42,730 bases of DNA from Gammaproteobacteria bacterium (GCA_051008185.1 JBPCXW010000046.1:1-42730), one strand, 5' to 3'. Positions 17,164-31,158 are shown, counted from the stretch's first letter. Numbers and translations: made by a program. Notes: generated by a model not told the origin, from the letters alone.

Positions 17164-17295
17164 CTATACATGCAACAAAATAAAACCCAGATAAATCACC
17201 GCGGCCATAGTGCCGAGAGCCACCGCCAGCCTGATGTTCGCCCGCTTGCGGCGGGCGGCGGCGTCATCTCCAATCCGGTTTGGTTCAGTTATCAT
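17164..17295 (-). CDS. Small single-TM protein between coxA and ctaG (cytochrome oxidase small assembly protein-like)
   Basis: Hand translation gives MITEPNRIGDDAAARRKRANIRLAVALGTMAAVIYLGFILLHV (43 aa). It fills the coxA-ctaG gap, leaving 9 nt on each side. It is below the ORF-track cut-off. Confidence 0.55.
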   Translation of the reverse strand: MITEPNRIGDDAAARRKRANIRLAVALGTMAAVIYLGFILLHV

Positions 17296-17304
17296 CGGTC
17301 TCCG

Positions 17305-18927
17305 TTATGAATGGGCGGTCGCCGCATTCACCTGCGGCGGCGTGGTAAAAGTATGAAACGGTGGTGGTGACGGCAAAGTCCATTCCAGACCTTTGGCGCC
17401 TTCCCACACTTCCTGCGAGGCCTTCTCGCCGCCGCGCACACATTTGATCACTATCCAGACAAACAGCAACTGACTCACGCCGAACACAAAGCCGCCTACG
17501 CTGGAGATCATGTTCCACTCAGTGAACTGGATATGGTAATCCGGGATCCGCCGCGGCATACCGGCCAGACCCAGAAAGTGCTGCGGGAAGAACAGTACGT
17601 TCACTGAAATGGCTGAGACCCAGAAATGTATCTGGCCCAGTCTCTCGTCGTAGTGATATCCGGTCCACTTCGGCAACCAGAAATAGGCTGCTGCCATTAG
17701 CGCAAAGACGGCGCCGGTCACCAGCACATAATGGAAATGCGCGACAACAAAATAGGTGTCGTGATATTGGAAGTCCGCCGGGGTGATGCCAAGCATCAGG
17801 CCAGAGAAACCGCCGATGGTGAACAGGAACACAAACGCAAGCGCAAACAGCATCGGGGTCTCAAAGGTCATGGAGCCGCGCCACATGGTGGCCAGCCAGT
17901 TGAATATCTTGACACCGGTGGGCACCGCGATGGACATCGTGGCATACATGAAGAACAACTCCCCGGCCAGCGGCATGCCGACAGTGAACATGTGGTGCGC
18001 CCAGACAAAGAATGACAGAAAGGCAATCGCCGCCGTCGCATAAACCATTGAGGAGTAACCGAACAACGGCTTACGGGCAAAGGTGGGGATGATCTGCGAG
18101 ACAATGCCGAACGCGGGCAGGATCAGGATATACACCTCCGGGTGACCGAAGAACCAGAAGATGTGCTGGAACATTACCGGATCACCGCCGCCCGCGGCGA
18201 TAAAGAAACTGGTGCCGAAATACTTGTCTGTCAGCAACATGGTGACCGCACCGGCCAGCACCGGCAGGGAGGCGATCAGCAGGAACGCGGTGATGATCCA
18301 GGTCCAGACAAACAGGGGCAGTTGCATAAAGCCCATGCCCGGGGCGCGCATGTTAAACACCGTGGCGATGATGTTGATGGCACCCATGATGGAGGAGATC
18401 CCGAGAAAATGTACGGTGAAGATCAGAAAGGGAAAGCCGTCCCCCAACTGCGAGACCAGCGGTGGATACATGGTCCAGCCACCGCTGGGCGCGCCGCCTT
18501 CCATGAAAAACGTGCCCAGCAACATCGCGAACGCGAACGGCAGGATCCAGAAACTCATATTGTTCATGCGTGGCAAGGCCATATCCGGCGCGCCGATCAT
18601 CATCGGCACCATCCAGTTGGCCAGCCCAACGCCCGCCGGCATCACTACGCCAAAGATCATGATCAAGGCGTGCATCGTAGTCATGGAATTGAAAAACAGC
18701 GGATCAACAAACTGTATCCCCGGCTGAAACAACTCGGCCCGGACTACCATGGCCATCGCACCACCGACAAAAAACATAATCAGGGAAAACACCAGATACA
18801 TCGTGCCGATGTCTTTATGGTTGGTAGAAAACAACCAGCGGCCTATGCCTGTTGGTTTGTGGTCATGGTCGTCGTGGTGGTGATCATCGTGATGATCAGC
18901 ACTATAACTTGGTGTCTCAATGCTCAT
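17305..18927 (-). CDS. coxA: Cytochrome c oxidase subunit I
   Basis: 540 aa. Motifs include [25 protein letters not shown] and HHMF...VAHFHYV. Confidence 0.97.
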   Translation of the reverse strand: MSIETPSYSADHHDDHHHDDHDHKPTGIGRWLFSTNHKDIGTMYLVFSLIMFFVGGAMAMVVRAELFQPGIQFVDPLFFNSMTTMHALIMIFGVVMPAGVGLANWMVPMMIGAPDMALPRMNNMSFWILPFAFAMLLGTFFMEGGAPSGGWTMYPPLVSQLGDGFPFLIFTVHFLGISSIMGAINIIATVFNMRAPGMGFMQLPLFVWTWIITAFLLIASLPVLAGAVTMLLTDKYFGTSFFIAAGGGDPVMFQHIFWFFGHPEVYILILPAFGIVSQIIPTFARKPLFGYSSMVYATAAIAFLSFFVWAHHMFTVGMPLAGELFFMYATMSIAVPTGVKIFNWLATMWRGSMTFETPMLFALAFVFLFTIGGFSGLMLGITPADFQYHDTYFVVAHFHYVLVTGAVFALMAAAYFWLPKWTGYHYDERLGQIHFWVSAISVNVLFFPQHFLGLAGMPRRIPDYHIQFTEWNMISSVGGFVFGVSQLLFVWIVIKCVRGGEKASQEVWEGAKGLEWTLPSPPPFHTFTTPPQVNAATAHS

Positions 18928-18976
18928 ATTTGTATCCTCTCATCAGATCTCTGGATGTTGTGACACTTTACTCTTG

Positions 18977-20170
18977 TTATCGTTTCGCGGCAATGTCGGC
19001 GGGCTGCACCCTGTCACCGGTGTCATTGCCCCAGGCATTACGCTCATAGGTAATGATCGCGGCCAAATCAACATCGCCCAGTTGCGGCCCGAACGCCGCC
19101 ATTGCAGTGCCCGGCTTGCCGTGCATCACGATATCAATATGCCCGTCAACCGGCCCGGTGGCAATCGGGCCACCGGCCAGCGCGGCAAACGCGCCGGGGA
19201 TCCCCTTGCCGTCTGCCTGATGACAGGCCTGGCAAAAGGTGGCGTAAGATTCTTTTCCCCTCTCCATTAATTCGTCCATGCTCCACTCGCGGTCGGCACC
19301 GGCGTTCGCATCATCGGCGGCGACAAGCATATCGCCCACCCAGTCAAAGTAGGCATCCTCGGACACGGCCTTCAAAACTATCGGCATGAAGCCGTGATCG
19401 CGGCCGCACAACTCGGTGCATTGGCCTCTATAAGTGCCTTCCTCTTCTATCACCGCCCAGGATTCATTGATGAAGCCGGGAATGGAATCGCGCTTCCAGC
19501 CCAGTGCCGGCACCCACCAGGCATGGATAACATCCGCCGCCGTGGTGAGAAAACGGATCTTGCTGCCTACCGGCACGACCAAAGGCTTGTCCACATCCAG
19601 CAGATAATGTTCCACGCTGGCAGGGTCAAGCCCGGAATTGAGTTGCCGGATCTCGTTGCTCTTGCTATCCAGAATACTGAAAAACTTGAAGCCTTCATCC
19701 ATATACTCATATTCCCACTTCCACTGATGGCCTGTGACCTTGATGGTCATGTCGGCATCACCTGTCGCTTCCATTTCAATCAGGGTTTGGGTGGCGGGGA
19801 TGGCCATAATGATAAGGATAACTATCGGGATGGCAGTCCAGATCAATTCCAGTCCGGTGTTGTGGTGAAACTGCGCCGCAACCGCCCCTCTGGATTTGCG
19901 GTGACTATAAATGGACCAGAACATGATGCCGAATACCACCACGCCAATGGCGCAGCAGATGTAAAAGATCAGCATATGCAGATCATAAACTTCCCGGCTT
20001 ATCTCGGTAACGCCCCGGGTCATATTGAGTCCGTATTCGGCATGGGCGAGTGGAGAGAACAACATCGCAACAAATGATACAGCCGTTACACGACAACTAT
20101 TCATCAATTTGTTCAGTTTCAATTTTTTTTCCGACATGCTGTTTTCCTCAGCGTTACTTTTTGTGTTCAT
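18977..20170 (-). CDS. coxB: Cytochrome c oxidase subunit II with a fused C-terminal cytochrome c domain (caa3-type)
   Basis: 397 aa. The CuA site reads HAWWVP...CTELCGRDHGFM. The C-terminal heme-c motif CQACH is followed by a Met ligand region. Confidence 0.94.
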   Translation of the reverse strand: MNTKSNAEENSMSEKKLKLNKLMNSCRVTAVSFVAMLFSPLAHAEYGLNMTRGVTEISREVYDLHMLIFYICCAIGVVVFGIMFWSIYSHRKSRGAVAAQFHHNTGLELIWTAIPIVILIIMAIPATQTLIEMEATGDADMTIKVTGHQWKWEYEYMDEGFKFFSILDSKSNEIRQLNSGLDPASVEHYLLDVDKPLVVPVGSKIRFLTTAADVIHAWWVPALGWKRDSIPGFINESWAVIEEEGTYRGQCTELCGRDHGFMPIVLKAVSEDAYFDWVGDMLVAADDANAGADREWSMDELMERGKESYATFCQACHQADGKGIPGAFAALAGGPIATGPVDGHIDIVMHGKPGTAMAAFGPQLGDVDLAAIITYERNAWGNDTGDRVQPADIAAKR

Positions 20171-20248
20171 GTTTGGTTATTGATCACTGCGGCGGCAATA
20201 TGCCCCACACCGATACCTGATGCAAGCCCGCGTAGCGGATCAGTACTT

Positions 20249-20403
20249 ATGAGGCCAATCAGCAAGTCCCCCCACCGGAGCCACTACGGGCTACGCCCTT
20301 GTGCCACCGGCTCCCCCTCAAGGGGGGAGCTATTCGTGCCGGTGTTATTGCTCCCCCCTTGAGGGGGAGCCAAAGGAGGCGAGGCCTGCTTTGGTGGGGG
20401 GAC
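20249..20403 (+). repeat. Intergenic nested-palindrome repeat element, full copy
   Basis: It lies between the bioD stop and the coxB start. The architecture matches 15176-15331 (inverted), and the left half matches 9201-9298. Confidence 0.88.
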
Positions 20404-20430
20404 GGGGCGGCCCCCTGCCATCTCTTCGCC

Positions 20431-21129
20431 CTACAATACACCCTTGACCGGCAAGCGGTCAATATGTAGCCGGGCTGAGTCCGGGCTTTCCGGTGCGGCT
20501 GTCTCATTATGCGGCATCAGCCCGATAAACGGTGCGGCTATCGCCGCCTGCAGGCAGGCGATGGTGGCATCGGGCTCGGTATAGGCGGGATCAATCTGAT
20601 TGGCCACCCAGCCCGCCAGTTGTCGGCCCGAGGCCGTGATGGCCTGTGCGGTCAGCAAGGCGTGGTTGATACAGCCGAGGCGCATCCCGACTACCAGCAC
20701 TATCTGTAAATCCAGCCTGTCCGCTACCTCCGCCCAGCTGTTGCCGCCGCCCAGCGGCACCAGCCAACCGCCGGCCCCCTCAACCACGACCACATCCGCA
20801 TCGCCGCTGATGCGGGCATAACAGTCGGCGATGTGGGTCAGCTTGATGTCCGTCCCGTCTGCCGCCGCGGCGATATGCGGGGCGATGGCGGGGGCGAACG
20901 CGTAGGGATTGATGTCGGCATAGTCCAGTTGTGTCGAGCAGCGGGCCTGGATCTGCACGGCATCGGCATTGCGCCATCCGGCGGGGCTGGTCTCACAACC
21001 GCTGGCCACCGGCTTCATCCCATTGACGCGCAGGCCCGCCGCCTGCAATCGCGCCATTAACGTCAGGGCGAACCGGGTCTTGCCCATCGCCGTGTCGGTG
21101 GCGGTAACAAACAGGCCGTTAGCTGCCAT
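20431..21129 (-). CDS. bioD: Dethiobiotin synthetase
   Basis: MAANGLFVTATDTAMGKT is a P-loop-like BioD N-terminus. The start is taken at 21129, with 21135 as an alternative. The track ORF is extended 5' into bioC. Confidence 0.88.
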   Translation of the reverse strand: MAANGLFVTATDTAMGKTRFALTLMARLQAAGLRVNGMKPVASGCETSPAGWRNADAVQIQARCSTQLDYADINPYAFAPAIAPHIAAAADGTDIKLTHIADCYARISGDADVVVVEGAGGWLVPLGGGNSWAEVADRLDLQIVLVVGMRLGCINHALLTAQAITASGRQLAGWVANQIDPAYTEPDATIACLQAAIAAPFIGLMPHNETAAPESPDSARLHIDRLPVKGVL

Positions 21130-22012
21130 CGGCATCACGGTGTTTGATCGCGGAGAGCGGGATGGCGACGCTGTCTCCCGCCGCCTGTCGCCGTTGCTGT
21201 TGATGTTGCGGCACCCAGGCATGACCATAGACCACCTCAAAGGTGGCCGGTAATGTGGCTTCGGAACACTGCCGTTGGTATGCCTCGGTCATGCGCTTCA
21301 ACATCGCCGGGGTGGTCAATGACTTGCGTTGCCCGAGATTGGTGTTGCTGGCGCCCAGTGACTTTAACTCCTGCAACAGGCTTCGCACATCCTGATACAG
21401 CAGGGTGAACCGCTCTGTCTCCAGCACCGGCTCGGTAAAGCCCGCCCGTATCATGCCGTCGCCGATGTCGTGCATATCCATGAAGGCATTCACATGGATA
21501 TGATCATCCACCGCGCGCCAACTCTGCCGCAGTTCCGACAAGGTGTCGGGGCCGAAGCTGCTGAACAGGAACAGGCCGCCCGGTTGCAATACCCGCAGAC
21601 ACTCCTGCAACGAGCGCTGCGGATCAACGACCCACTGTAGCATCAGGTTGGAGACGGCAAGGTCAATGCTGGTATCGCGCAAGGGCAGAAACTCCGCATC
21701 GGCGCAGACATAACGTTGTCGGGAGAAAAACCATCGCGCCTGCTGTCGTGCCTGACGCAGCATGTTTGGCGCGCAGTCCAGTTGAATGACCCGGCCTCGG
21801 CGGTAACGCGCCGCGATATGCCGCCCGACAAAACCGGTGCCGGAACCCAGGTCCAAACTGAGTGCGGGTTTGATGCGGATGTGATCCAGCCGTTCCAGCA
21901 GACGCGTCCCGACCACTCGTTGCAACTGCGCCACCTTGTCGTAACCGGCGGCGGCAGTATCAAAGTTGCGGCGTATCCGGGCCCCGTCGCGTTGATAGCC
22001 GTCGGTGATCAT
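21119..22012 (-). CDS. bioC: Malonyl-ACP O-methyltransferase
   Basis: 297 aa with the SAM motif LDLGSGTG. It sits between bioF and bioD, and its start overlaps the bioF stop (ATGA). Confidence 0.85.
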   Translation of the reverse strand: MITDGYQRDGARIRRNFDTAAAGYDKVAQLQRVVGTRLLERLDHIRIKPALSLDLGSGTGFVGRHIAARYRRGRVIQLDCAPNMLRQARQQARWFFSRQRYVCADAEFLPLRDTSIDLAVSNLMLQWVVDPQRSLQECLRVLQPGGLFLFSSFGPDTLSELRQSWRAVDDHIHVNAFMDMHDIGDGMIRAGFTEPVLETERFTLLYQDVRSLLQELKSLGASNTNLGQRKSLTTPAMLKRMTEAYQRQCSEATLPATFEVVYGHAWVPQHQQQRRQAAGDSVAIPLSAIKHRDADGS

Positions 22013-23172
22013 TGCGCGGCACAGAACCGGTGCAATTCATCCAGCAGGCGTTGCAACTGCTCCGGCGTATGCGCGGCGTTCAGGCTGATGCGAAGTCGCT
22101 CCGTGCCGGCGGCCACGGTGGGTGAGCGGATTACCCCTGTGCGGATCCCCTGCTCGGCGAGGAACCGTCCAGCTTGCATTACCTGTTCATTGCCCGGTAG
22201 TAGCAAGGCCTGAACCGGGGTGTCTGATGGCAGTATCGTTAGCCCGCGCTCGGCGGCGCCCCGGCGGAACAGCGCGATCAACTGCCGCAATGTCTGTCGC
22301 CGCCAGTCCTCCTGTGCGAGCAGTTGCAAGGCCTTGTCCGCCGTGGCGGCCAGGGCCGCGGGTAAGGCGGTGGAGTAAATGTAGCTGCGGCCCTGTTGCA
22401 GGATCAGCTCCACCAGATCGCGGTCACCGGCGATGAAGGCACCATGCACGCCTGCGGCCTTGCCCAGTGTCGCGATGATCAACGGCACCTGTTGTTCGGA
22501 CAGACCGAGTTGCGCCACGGTGCCGGCGCCGTTGTCACCCAACACGCCGAAGCCGTGCGCGTCATCCACGGCCAGAACGGCATCGTGTTGTTGGCACAGT
22601 CGCGCCGCCCCGGCGATGTCCGCCACCACGCCGGACATACTGAACACAGACTCGGTCACCACCAGCGCACCGGGCGCGGCGGTTTGTAGCAGGCGCGCGA
22701 GGTCTGTTGTTTGCAGATGGCGGTAGCGTTGTAGTCGTGCTGCTGTCAGGCGACCGGCATCTATCAGTGAGGCGTGATTGTGTTTGTCCATGATCACATT
22801 GGCGTTGCGGTCGGCGGCAAGGGTGGTGACCAGTGCCAGATTGGCCAGATAGCCACTGGAGAACAACAGGGCGCGGGAGCGGCCGGTCAATTCGCAGATG
22901 TGTTGTTCCAGTTGTCGGTGGGCGTTGCTGTAACCGCAGATCAACGGCGAGCCGCCGCTGCCGATGCCGTAACGAGCGGCGGCGGTTTGCAAGGTTTGCA
23001 CCAGCCTCGCGTCATTGGCCAGGGCCAGATAATCATTGCTGCAAAAATCCAGTGGCTTGCCGCGCTGGCGGTCGGCGGCGGCCTCGGGAAAGATCAGTTC
23101 GCCGACGCGGGTCAGGCCGCGCTGGTGAATGGCATCAAGCCGTCGGCGCGGCCATTCGCGTGCGGCCATCAT
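22009..23172 (-). CDS. bioF: 8-amino-7-oxononanoate synthase
   Basis: It belongs to the PLP-dependent alpha-oxoamine synthase family ([10 protein letters not shown] and a TLGKA Lys). The start is taken at the ATGATG at 23172/23169, which overlaps the bioB TGA. The track ORF is extended 5' into bioB. Confidence 0.9.
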   Translation of the reverse strand: MMAAREWPRRRLDAIHQRGLTRVGELIFPEAAADRQRGKPLDFCSNDYLALANDARLVQTLQTAAARYGIGSGGSPLICGYSNAHRQLEQHICELTGRSRALLFSSGYLANLALVTTLAADRNANVIMDKHNHASLIDAGRLTAARLQRYRHLQTTDLARLLQTAAPGALVVTESVFSMSGVVADIAGAARLCQQHDAVLAVDDAHGFGVLGDNGAGTVAQLGLSEQQVPLIIATLGKAAGVHGAFIAGDRDLVELILQQGRSYIYSTALPAALAATADKALQLLAQEDWRRQTLRQLIALFRRGAAERGLTILPSDTPVQALLLPGNEQVMQAGRFLAEQGIRTGVIRSPTVAAGTERLRISLNAAHTPEQLQRLLDELHRFCAAQ

Positions 23173-24170
23173 TGTTGTGATGAACTGATCCCCAGACGCG
23201 CGAACAGGGCGCTGTCTTTTCCGTACTGAGGGTTTTCGGTGGTCAGTAATTTTTCGCCATAGAAAATGGAGTTGGCACCGGCGTGAAAACACAGGGCCTG
23301 CAGACTGTCATCCATGCCGCTCCGGCCTGCCGACAGGCGCACCCGTGCGGCCGGCATCAGGATGCGCGCCACGGCCACGGTCTTGACCAGATCGAACGGA
23401 TCAAATCCGGAGTCTGGTTGTAGTGGTGTGCCTTCTACTTTGACAAACAGATTGATTGGTACGCTTTCCGGGTGTCGGGGCAGGTTGGCCAGGGTTTGTA
23501 ACATACTCGCCCGGTCCGCCAGGGTTTCGCCCATGCCGAGGATGCCGCCGCAACAGACATTGATGCCGGCGTTGCGTACGTGTCCCAGTGTCTCCAGCCG
23601 GTCGGCGTAGGTGCGGGTGGTGATGATCTTCTCGTAATACTCTGCCGAGGTGTCAAGGTTATGGTTGTAGTAGTCCAGCCCGGCGGCGGCCAGTCGCTCG
23701 GCCTGATGTTGTTCCAGCATGCCGAGGGTCACGCAGGACTCCAGGCCGAGGGACTTGATGCCTTTGATCATCGCTTCCACCTGTTGCAGATCCTTGTCTT
23801 TGGGGCTACGCCAGGCGGCACCGAGACAAAAGCGGCCGGCACCGTTTGTCGCCGCCTCTTGTGCGGCGGCCATGACTTCTTCATAAGCAAGCAGGGGTTC
23901 GGCTTCAACGCCGGTCTGGTAGCGGGCGCTTTGCGGACAATAGGCGCAGTCTTCCGGGCAACCGCCGCTTTTGATATTCAGCAAGGTGCTGAGTTGTACC
24001 TCGTTGGGATTGAAGTGCCGCCGGTGCAGGCTGTGGGCGCGATGTAAAAGATCGCTGAACGGTAATTCATACAGGGTTATAATCTCATCTTGCCCCCAAT
24101 CGTGACGGGGGATATCGGATGCGACAGGCTCAGGAAGATCAAACTCATGAACAGGATGAATGGACGACAC
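23169..24170 (-). CDS. bioB: Biotin synthase (radical SAM)
   Basis: 333 aa with the [11 protein letters not shown] radical-SAM cluster motif. It is the first gene of the bio operon. Confidence 0.95.
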   Translation of the reverse strand: MSSIHPVHEFDLPEPVASDIPRHDWGQDEIITLYELPFSDLLHRAHSLHRRHFNPNEVQLSTLLNIKSGGCPEDCAYCPQSARYQTGVEAEPLLAYEEVMAAAQEAATNGAGRFCLGAAWRSPKDKDLQQVEAMIKGIKSLGLESCVTLGMLEQHQAERLAAAGLDYYNHNLDTSAEYYEKIITTRTYADRLETLGHVRNAGINVCCGGILGMGETLADRASMLQTLANLPRHPESVPINLFVKVEGTPLQPDSGFDPFDLVKTVAVARILMPAARVRLSAGRSGMDDSLQALCFHAGANSIFYGEKLLTTENPQYGKDSALFARLGISSSQQ

Positions 24171-24221
24171 AGGATGACTCCGGCAAGGAATGGTCAGGCG
24201 ATCGTAAATGGCTGGAGGTAT

Positions 24222-24254
24222 TTGTCAACCCCGGGATGGCGTGATGGTTGACTA
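24222..24254. promoter_or_regulatory. Candidate BirA operator (bioO-like inverted repeat) in the bioB/comF divergent region
   Basis: The site reads TTGTCAACC-N15-GGTTGACTA, with 8 of 9 positions forming the inverted repeat. Half-site sequence and spacing resemble the E. coli-type bioO, TTGTAAACC-N(14-16)-GGTTTACAA. It lies 52 nt upstream of the bioB ATG. Confidence 0.5.
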
Positions 24255-24261
24255 CTTGCTT

Positions 24262-24939
24262 ATGTTGAAACGACTACTGCCGGCCCGGAGTTGCGTCTTG
24301 TGCGCCCGGCCCGACCGGGGACACGGGATCTGCGATGCCTGCATACAACAACTTCCCGCTATTACCCAGGCCTGCCCCGTTTGCGGGATTCAACAACGAC
24401 ATGACTGGCCCTGTGGCGATTGCCTCAGTGCGCCGCCGGATTATGATCGCTGCATCGCCGCGCTGGATTATTGCTACCCGGTCAATCGGCTGGTGCAACT
24501 GGCGAAATATCACGGCAGGCTAGACGTGCTGACTTTTCTAAGCTCGCAACTGGTGCCGCGTCTGCGGCAACTGGAGACCCTGCCGGATGGTCTCATCCCG
24601 GTCCCGCTACACCCGCGGCGGCATTGCTGGCGCGGTTACAATCAGGCCGAGCTGATCGCCACCCGGCTAAGCCGTGATCTGAACATCCCCTGCTTCAACC
24701 AGACCCTGCGGCGCGCGCGCGCCCCAAAGGAACAGGCGGCGTTGCAGCCGAGACAACGGCAGCACAATGTGAAAGGGGCGTTTCATCTGCGGGCCTTGCC
24801 GGCCCGGGATTATGTTGCGGTGATTGATGATGTGGTCACGACCGGTGCCACCGGTAATGAGATCGCCCGTCTGCTGAAACAGGCGGGGGTGCGACGGGTG
24901 GAGATCTGGTCGCTGGCCCGGGCCGCGCAATTGCTGTGA
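24262..24939 (+). CDS. comF: ComF family protein (phosphoribosyltransferase domain)
   Basis: N-terminal Cys pairs are present (CVLC...CDAC, CPVC...CGDC). The C-terminal PRTase motif reads VAVIDDVVTTGAT. I prefer the ATG at 24262 so that the operator-like repeat stays intergenic. The track start is 24208. Confidence 0.72.
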   Translation: MLKRLLPARSCVLCARPDRGHGICDACIQQLPAITQACPVCGIQQRHDWPCGDCLSAPPDYDRCIAALDYCYPVNRLVQLAKYHGRLDVLTFLSSQLVPRLRQLETLPDGLIPVPLHPRRHCWRGYNQAELIATRLSRDLNIPCFNQTLRRARAPKEQAALQPRQRQHNVKGAFHLRALPARDYVAVIDDVVTTGATGNEIARLLKQAGVRRVEIWSLARAAQLL

Positions 24940-24941
24940 AG

Positions 24942-28509
<3,568 letters not shown>

Positions 28510-28515
28510 GCGGCC

Positions 28516-29616
28516 TTATAACCGCATAGGCATAACGACATAGAGGCAACTATCGTCTTTCTCGCCGTATAACTGGCAACTACTGTCGGAATTCAGGATG
28601 GCAATGATTGCATTGTCTCCCTTGATATTGCTAATGGCATCAAGCAGATAGGAGACATTGAAGCCTATTTCCACCTCTTCCCCCTCGTAGTTAACCTGCA
28701 TTTCCTCCTCGGCCTCCTCCTGCTCGGGATTATGTGCCAGGGCGCGCAATTTTCCGGCTGAGAGCACGATCCGCACCCCGTGGTATTTCTCATTGGACAG
28801 GATGGATGCCCGGGTCAGGCTTTGCCGCAATGCCTCCCGGTCGGCCGTGACCGGGGTCTTGCTACGCTCGGGGATAACGCGCTTGTAATCGGGGAACTTG
28901 CCGTCTATCAATTTGCTGGTAAATACTTGATTTTTCATGGTAATTCGCACGTGGTTCTTGCTCAGGGTCAGGCTGACATCGCTGTCGCCCTCATCCAGCA
29001 GGCGGCTGAGTTCCAGCACCGCCTTGCGCGGCACGATCAGTTGCCGTTCCTCTTTGGTGCCCGTGTTGAGGGCCATTTCAGCCAGGGCCAGGCGGTGTCC
29101 GTCCGTCGCCACCGCCCGCAATTTGGTGCTTTCAAACTCCAGTAGCAGACCATTCAGGTAAAAACGCACATCTTGTTGCGCCATCGCGAACGACGTTTTG
29201 TCCAGTAAGGCCTTGAATTCAGACTGTTTTACCTTGAGCTCAAGCTCGCCCTTGACCGACTCAATCTGCGGAAACTCCTGCGCTGGCAAGGTGCTCAGGG
29301 TAAAACGGCTCTTCCCGGACAGCACCATCGCCCGCTCATCCGTCACCGAAAACCCGATATCCGCCTTGTCCGGCAGGGTTCGGCAAATATCCAGCAATTT
29401 ACGGGCGGAAAGCGTGATCTCCCCAGACTCATTGAAGTTCCCGGCAATGGTGGCGGCCAACTCAACCTCCATATCCGTTCCTACCAGCCGGATCCCGTCT
29501 TTGCTCACATTCAGCAATAAATTAGACAAGATCGGCAAGGCCTGGCGTTTTTCAACGACGCCGCAGACATTCTGTAGTGCCGGCAAAAGTTCTTCGCGTT
29601 TAATAGTAAATTTCAT
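28516..29616 (-). CDS. dnaN: DNA polymerase III beta sliding clamp
   Basis: MKFTIKREELLPALQNVCGVVEKRQALPILSNLLL is the canonical N-terminus. The track ORF carries a 26-codon 5' extension that I rejected. Confidence 0.96.
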   Translation of the reverse strand: MKFTIKREELLPALQNVCGVVEKRQALPILSNLLLNVSKDGIRLVGTDMEVELAATIAGNFNESGEITLSARKLLDICRTLPDKADIGFSVTDERAMVLSGKSRFTLSTLPAQEFPQIESVKGELELKVKQSEFKALLDKTSFAMAQQDVRFYLNGLLLEFESTKLRAVATDGHRLALAEMALNTGTKEERQLIVPRKAVLELSRLLDEGDSDVSLTLSKNHVRITMKNQVFTSKLIDGKFPDYKRVIPERSKTPVTADREALRQSLTRASILSNEKYHGVRIVLSAGKLRALAHNPEQEEAEEEMQVNYEGEEVEIGFNVSYLLDAISNIKGDNAIIAILNSDSSCQLYGEKDDSCLYVVMPMRL

Positions 29617-29745
29617 ATTTAGATACCTGTTGTTTTTTATTATAAGCCGTCTGTTTATGTTAGTAGTTTGAAATACCTCACTGAAATCAATCAATTATGC
29701 CCGGTTTATCCGATGAACTTCTGGGCAATCTAACCTTGTCCAGCC

Positions 29746-29810
29746 TGTGGATAACTTGTGCCACTTATTTTCAACAATTTGTAGTAGCAGCTTATCCACA
29801 GTTTATCCCA
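29746..29810. promoter_or_regulatory. DnaA-box cluster in the dnaA-dnaN intergenic region
   Basis: Perfect 9-mers TGTGGATAA (29746-29754) and TTATCCACA (29792-29800) are present. A degenerate TTTATCCCA (29802-29810) follows directly. An AT-rich stretch lies at about 29617-29700. Confidence 0.75.
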
Positions 29811-29811
29811 T

Positions 29812-31158
29812 TCAAGCTGTCAGTGTTTTGATCAGATTGTTGTAATCCTCCTCTATCTTGGTCTCCGTCTGCCGCAACTCGGCTATTTTGCGGCAGCCAT
29901 GCAACACCGTGGTGTGATCCCGGCCGCCGAAGGCGTCCCCGATCTCGGGCAGGCTGTGATTGGTCAGTTCCTTCGCTAGTGCCATGGCCATCTGCCGCGG
30001 CCTCGCAACCGAGCGGCTACGCCGTTTTGACAGGATATCCGCTACCCTGATCTTGTAATACTCGGCGATGATCTTTTGAATGTTCTCCAGGGTGACCTGC
30101 CTGTCCTGCAGCAACAGCAGGTCCCGTAACGCACTCTGGCAGAACTCCAAATTGATGGGCTGCCCGGTCAGATTGGAACTCGCGACCACCCGGTTCAACG
30201 CCCCTTCCAGTTCGCGCACATTGGAGCGAAACCGCTTGGCGATAAAAAAAGCCACTTCGTCCGGCAGGGCGATGCCATGATACTCCGCCTTGGTCTTGAT
30301 GATGGCGACACGGGTTTCCAGTTCCGGCGGATCAATGGCGACGGTGAGTCCCCAACCGAAGCGCGACTTCAATCGTTCTTCCAGCCCCGATACTTCTTTG
30401 GGATATTTATCACAGGTCAGCACGATCTGATGCTCACCCTCCAGCAGGGTGTTGAAGGTATGGAAAAATTCTTCCTGGGAATGATCCTTGCCGGCAAAGA
30501 ATTGAATATCATCTATCAACAACACTTCCAGCGAACGGTAGTAACGTTGGAACTCATTGATGGCTCCGTACTTCAACGCCTTGACCATGTCAGCCACAAA
30601 GCGTTCCGAATGCAAATAGGCGATGTTGGCTCCCGGTTTTTGTTTTTCAATCGCCTGACCGATGGCGTGCATAAGATGTGTCTTGCCCAACCCGACACCA
30701 CCGCAGATAAATAACGGGTTATAAGTCTGGCCAGAGTTTTCTGCAACTTGTTGGGCCGCCGCTTGTGCCAACTGGTTTGATTTACCGGCGACGAAAGAGT
30801 CAAAAGTAAAATTGCGGTTAAGGCTGCTGGCGCGTTTACTACCGGCCGGCTTGACCGGCGGAGCCACCGCGGCGTTGGCGGCGACACGGCGTTCAGCAGG
30901 GATTTCTGCGGTATCCTGCGTCTGGCTACCGACGCTCAGGGATAATTTAACCTGTCCGGCACCGTTGTCGTTTTGCAGTAATTCCTCTATGCGTTGTCGG
31001 TATTGCTCGTTGATCCAATCCACTATAAAGCGGTTTGGCGCAAGCAACCGCAGGGAGTCCTGATCCTCTATCGCGTGCAACGGCCTGATCCAGGTGTTGA
31101 ACAGTTGCGGCGATAGTTCGCCTTTAAGTTGTTCCAGACAGGAATCCCATACAGACAT
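29812..31158 (-). CDS. dnaA: Chromosomal replication initiator DnaA
   Basis: 448 aa. The AAA+ Walker A reads [10 protein letters not shown] and Walker B reads LLIDDIQF. The C-terminal DNA-binding helix reads [10 protein letters not shown]. Confidence 0.97.
   Translation of the reverse strand: MSVWDSCLEQLKGELSPQLFNTWIRPLHAIEDQDSLRLLAPNRFIVDWINEQYRQRIEELLQNDNGAGQVKLSLSVGSQTQDTAEIPAERRVAANAAVAPPVKPAGSKRASSLNRNFTFDSFVAGKSNQLAQAAAQQVAENSGQTYNPLFICGGVGLGKTHLMHAIGQAIEKQKPGANIAYLHSERFVADMVKALKYGAINEFQRYYRSLEVLLIDDIQFFAGKDHSQEEFFHTFNTLLEGEHQIVLTCDKYPKEVSGLEERLKSRFGWGLTVAIDPPELETRVAIIKTKAEYHGIALPDEVAFFIAKRFRSNVRELEGALNRVVASSNLTGQPINLEFCQSALRDLLLLQDRQVTLENIQKIIAEYYKIRVADILSKRRSRSVARPRQMAMALAKELTNHSLPEIGDAFGGRDHTTVLHGCRKIAELRQTETKIEEDYNNLIKTLTA

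Noticed and set aside
18142-18963. 273-aa plus-strand ORF, rich in His, Arg, Gly and Asp.
   Set aside because: It lies entirely antisense to coxA, whose identity is unambiguous. Long antisense ORFs like this are a typical artefact of GC-rich coding DNA. The same applies to 15902-16573 (antisense to coxC), 19394-20077 (antisense to coxB) and 22774-23229 (antisense to bioF).
28516-29694. Long 5' extensions of track ORFs: dnaN to 29694, gyrB to 27440, bioF to 23292, bioD to 21240, cas7 to 3359, rnpA from 31524, mnmE from 33752, ATPase from 41075.
   Set aside because: The extensions overlap the upstream genes or lack similarity to the conserved N-termini. Internal starts reproduce the canonical N-terminal sequences and the usual start/stop coupling.
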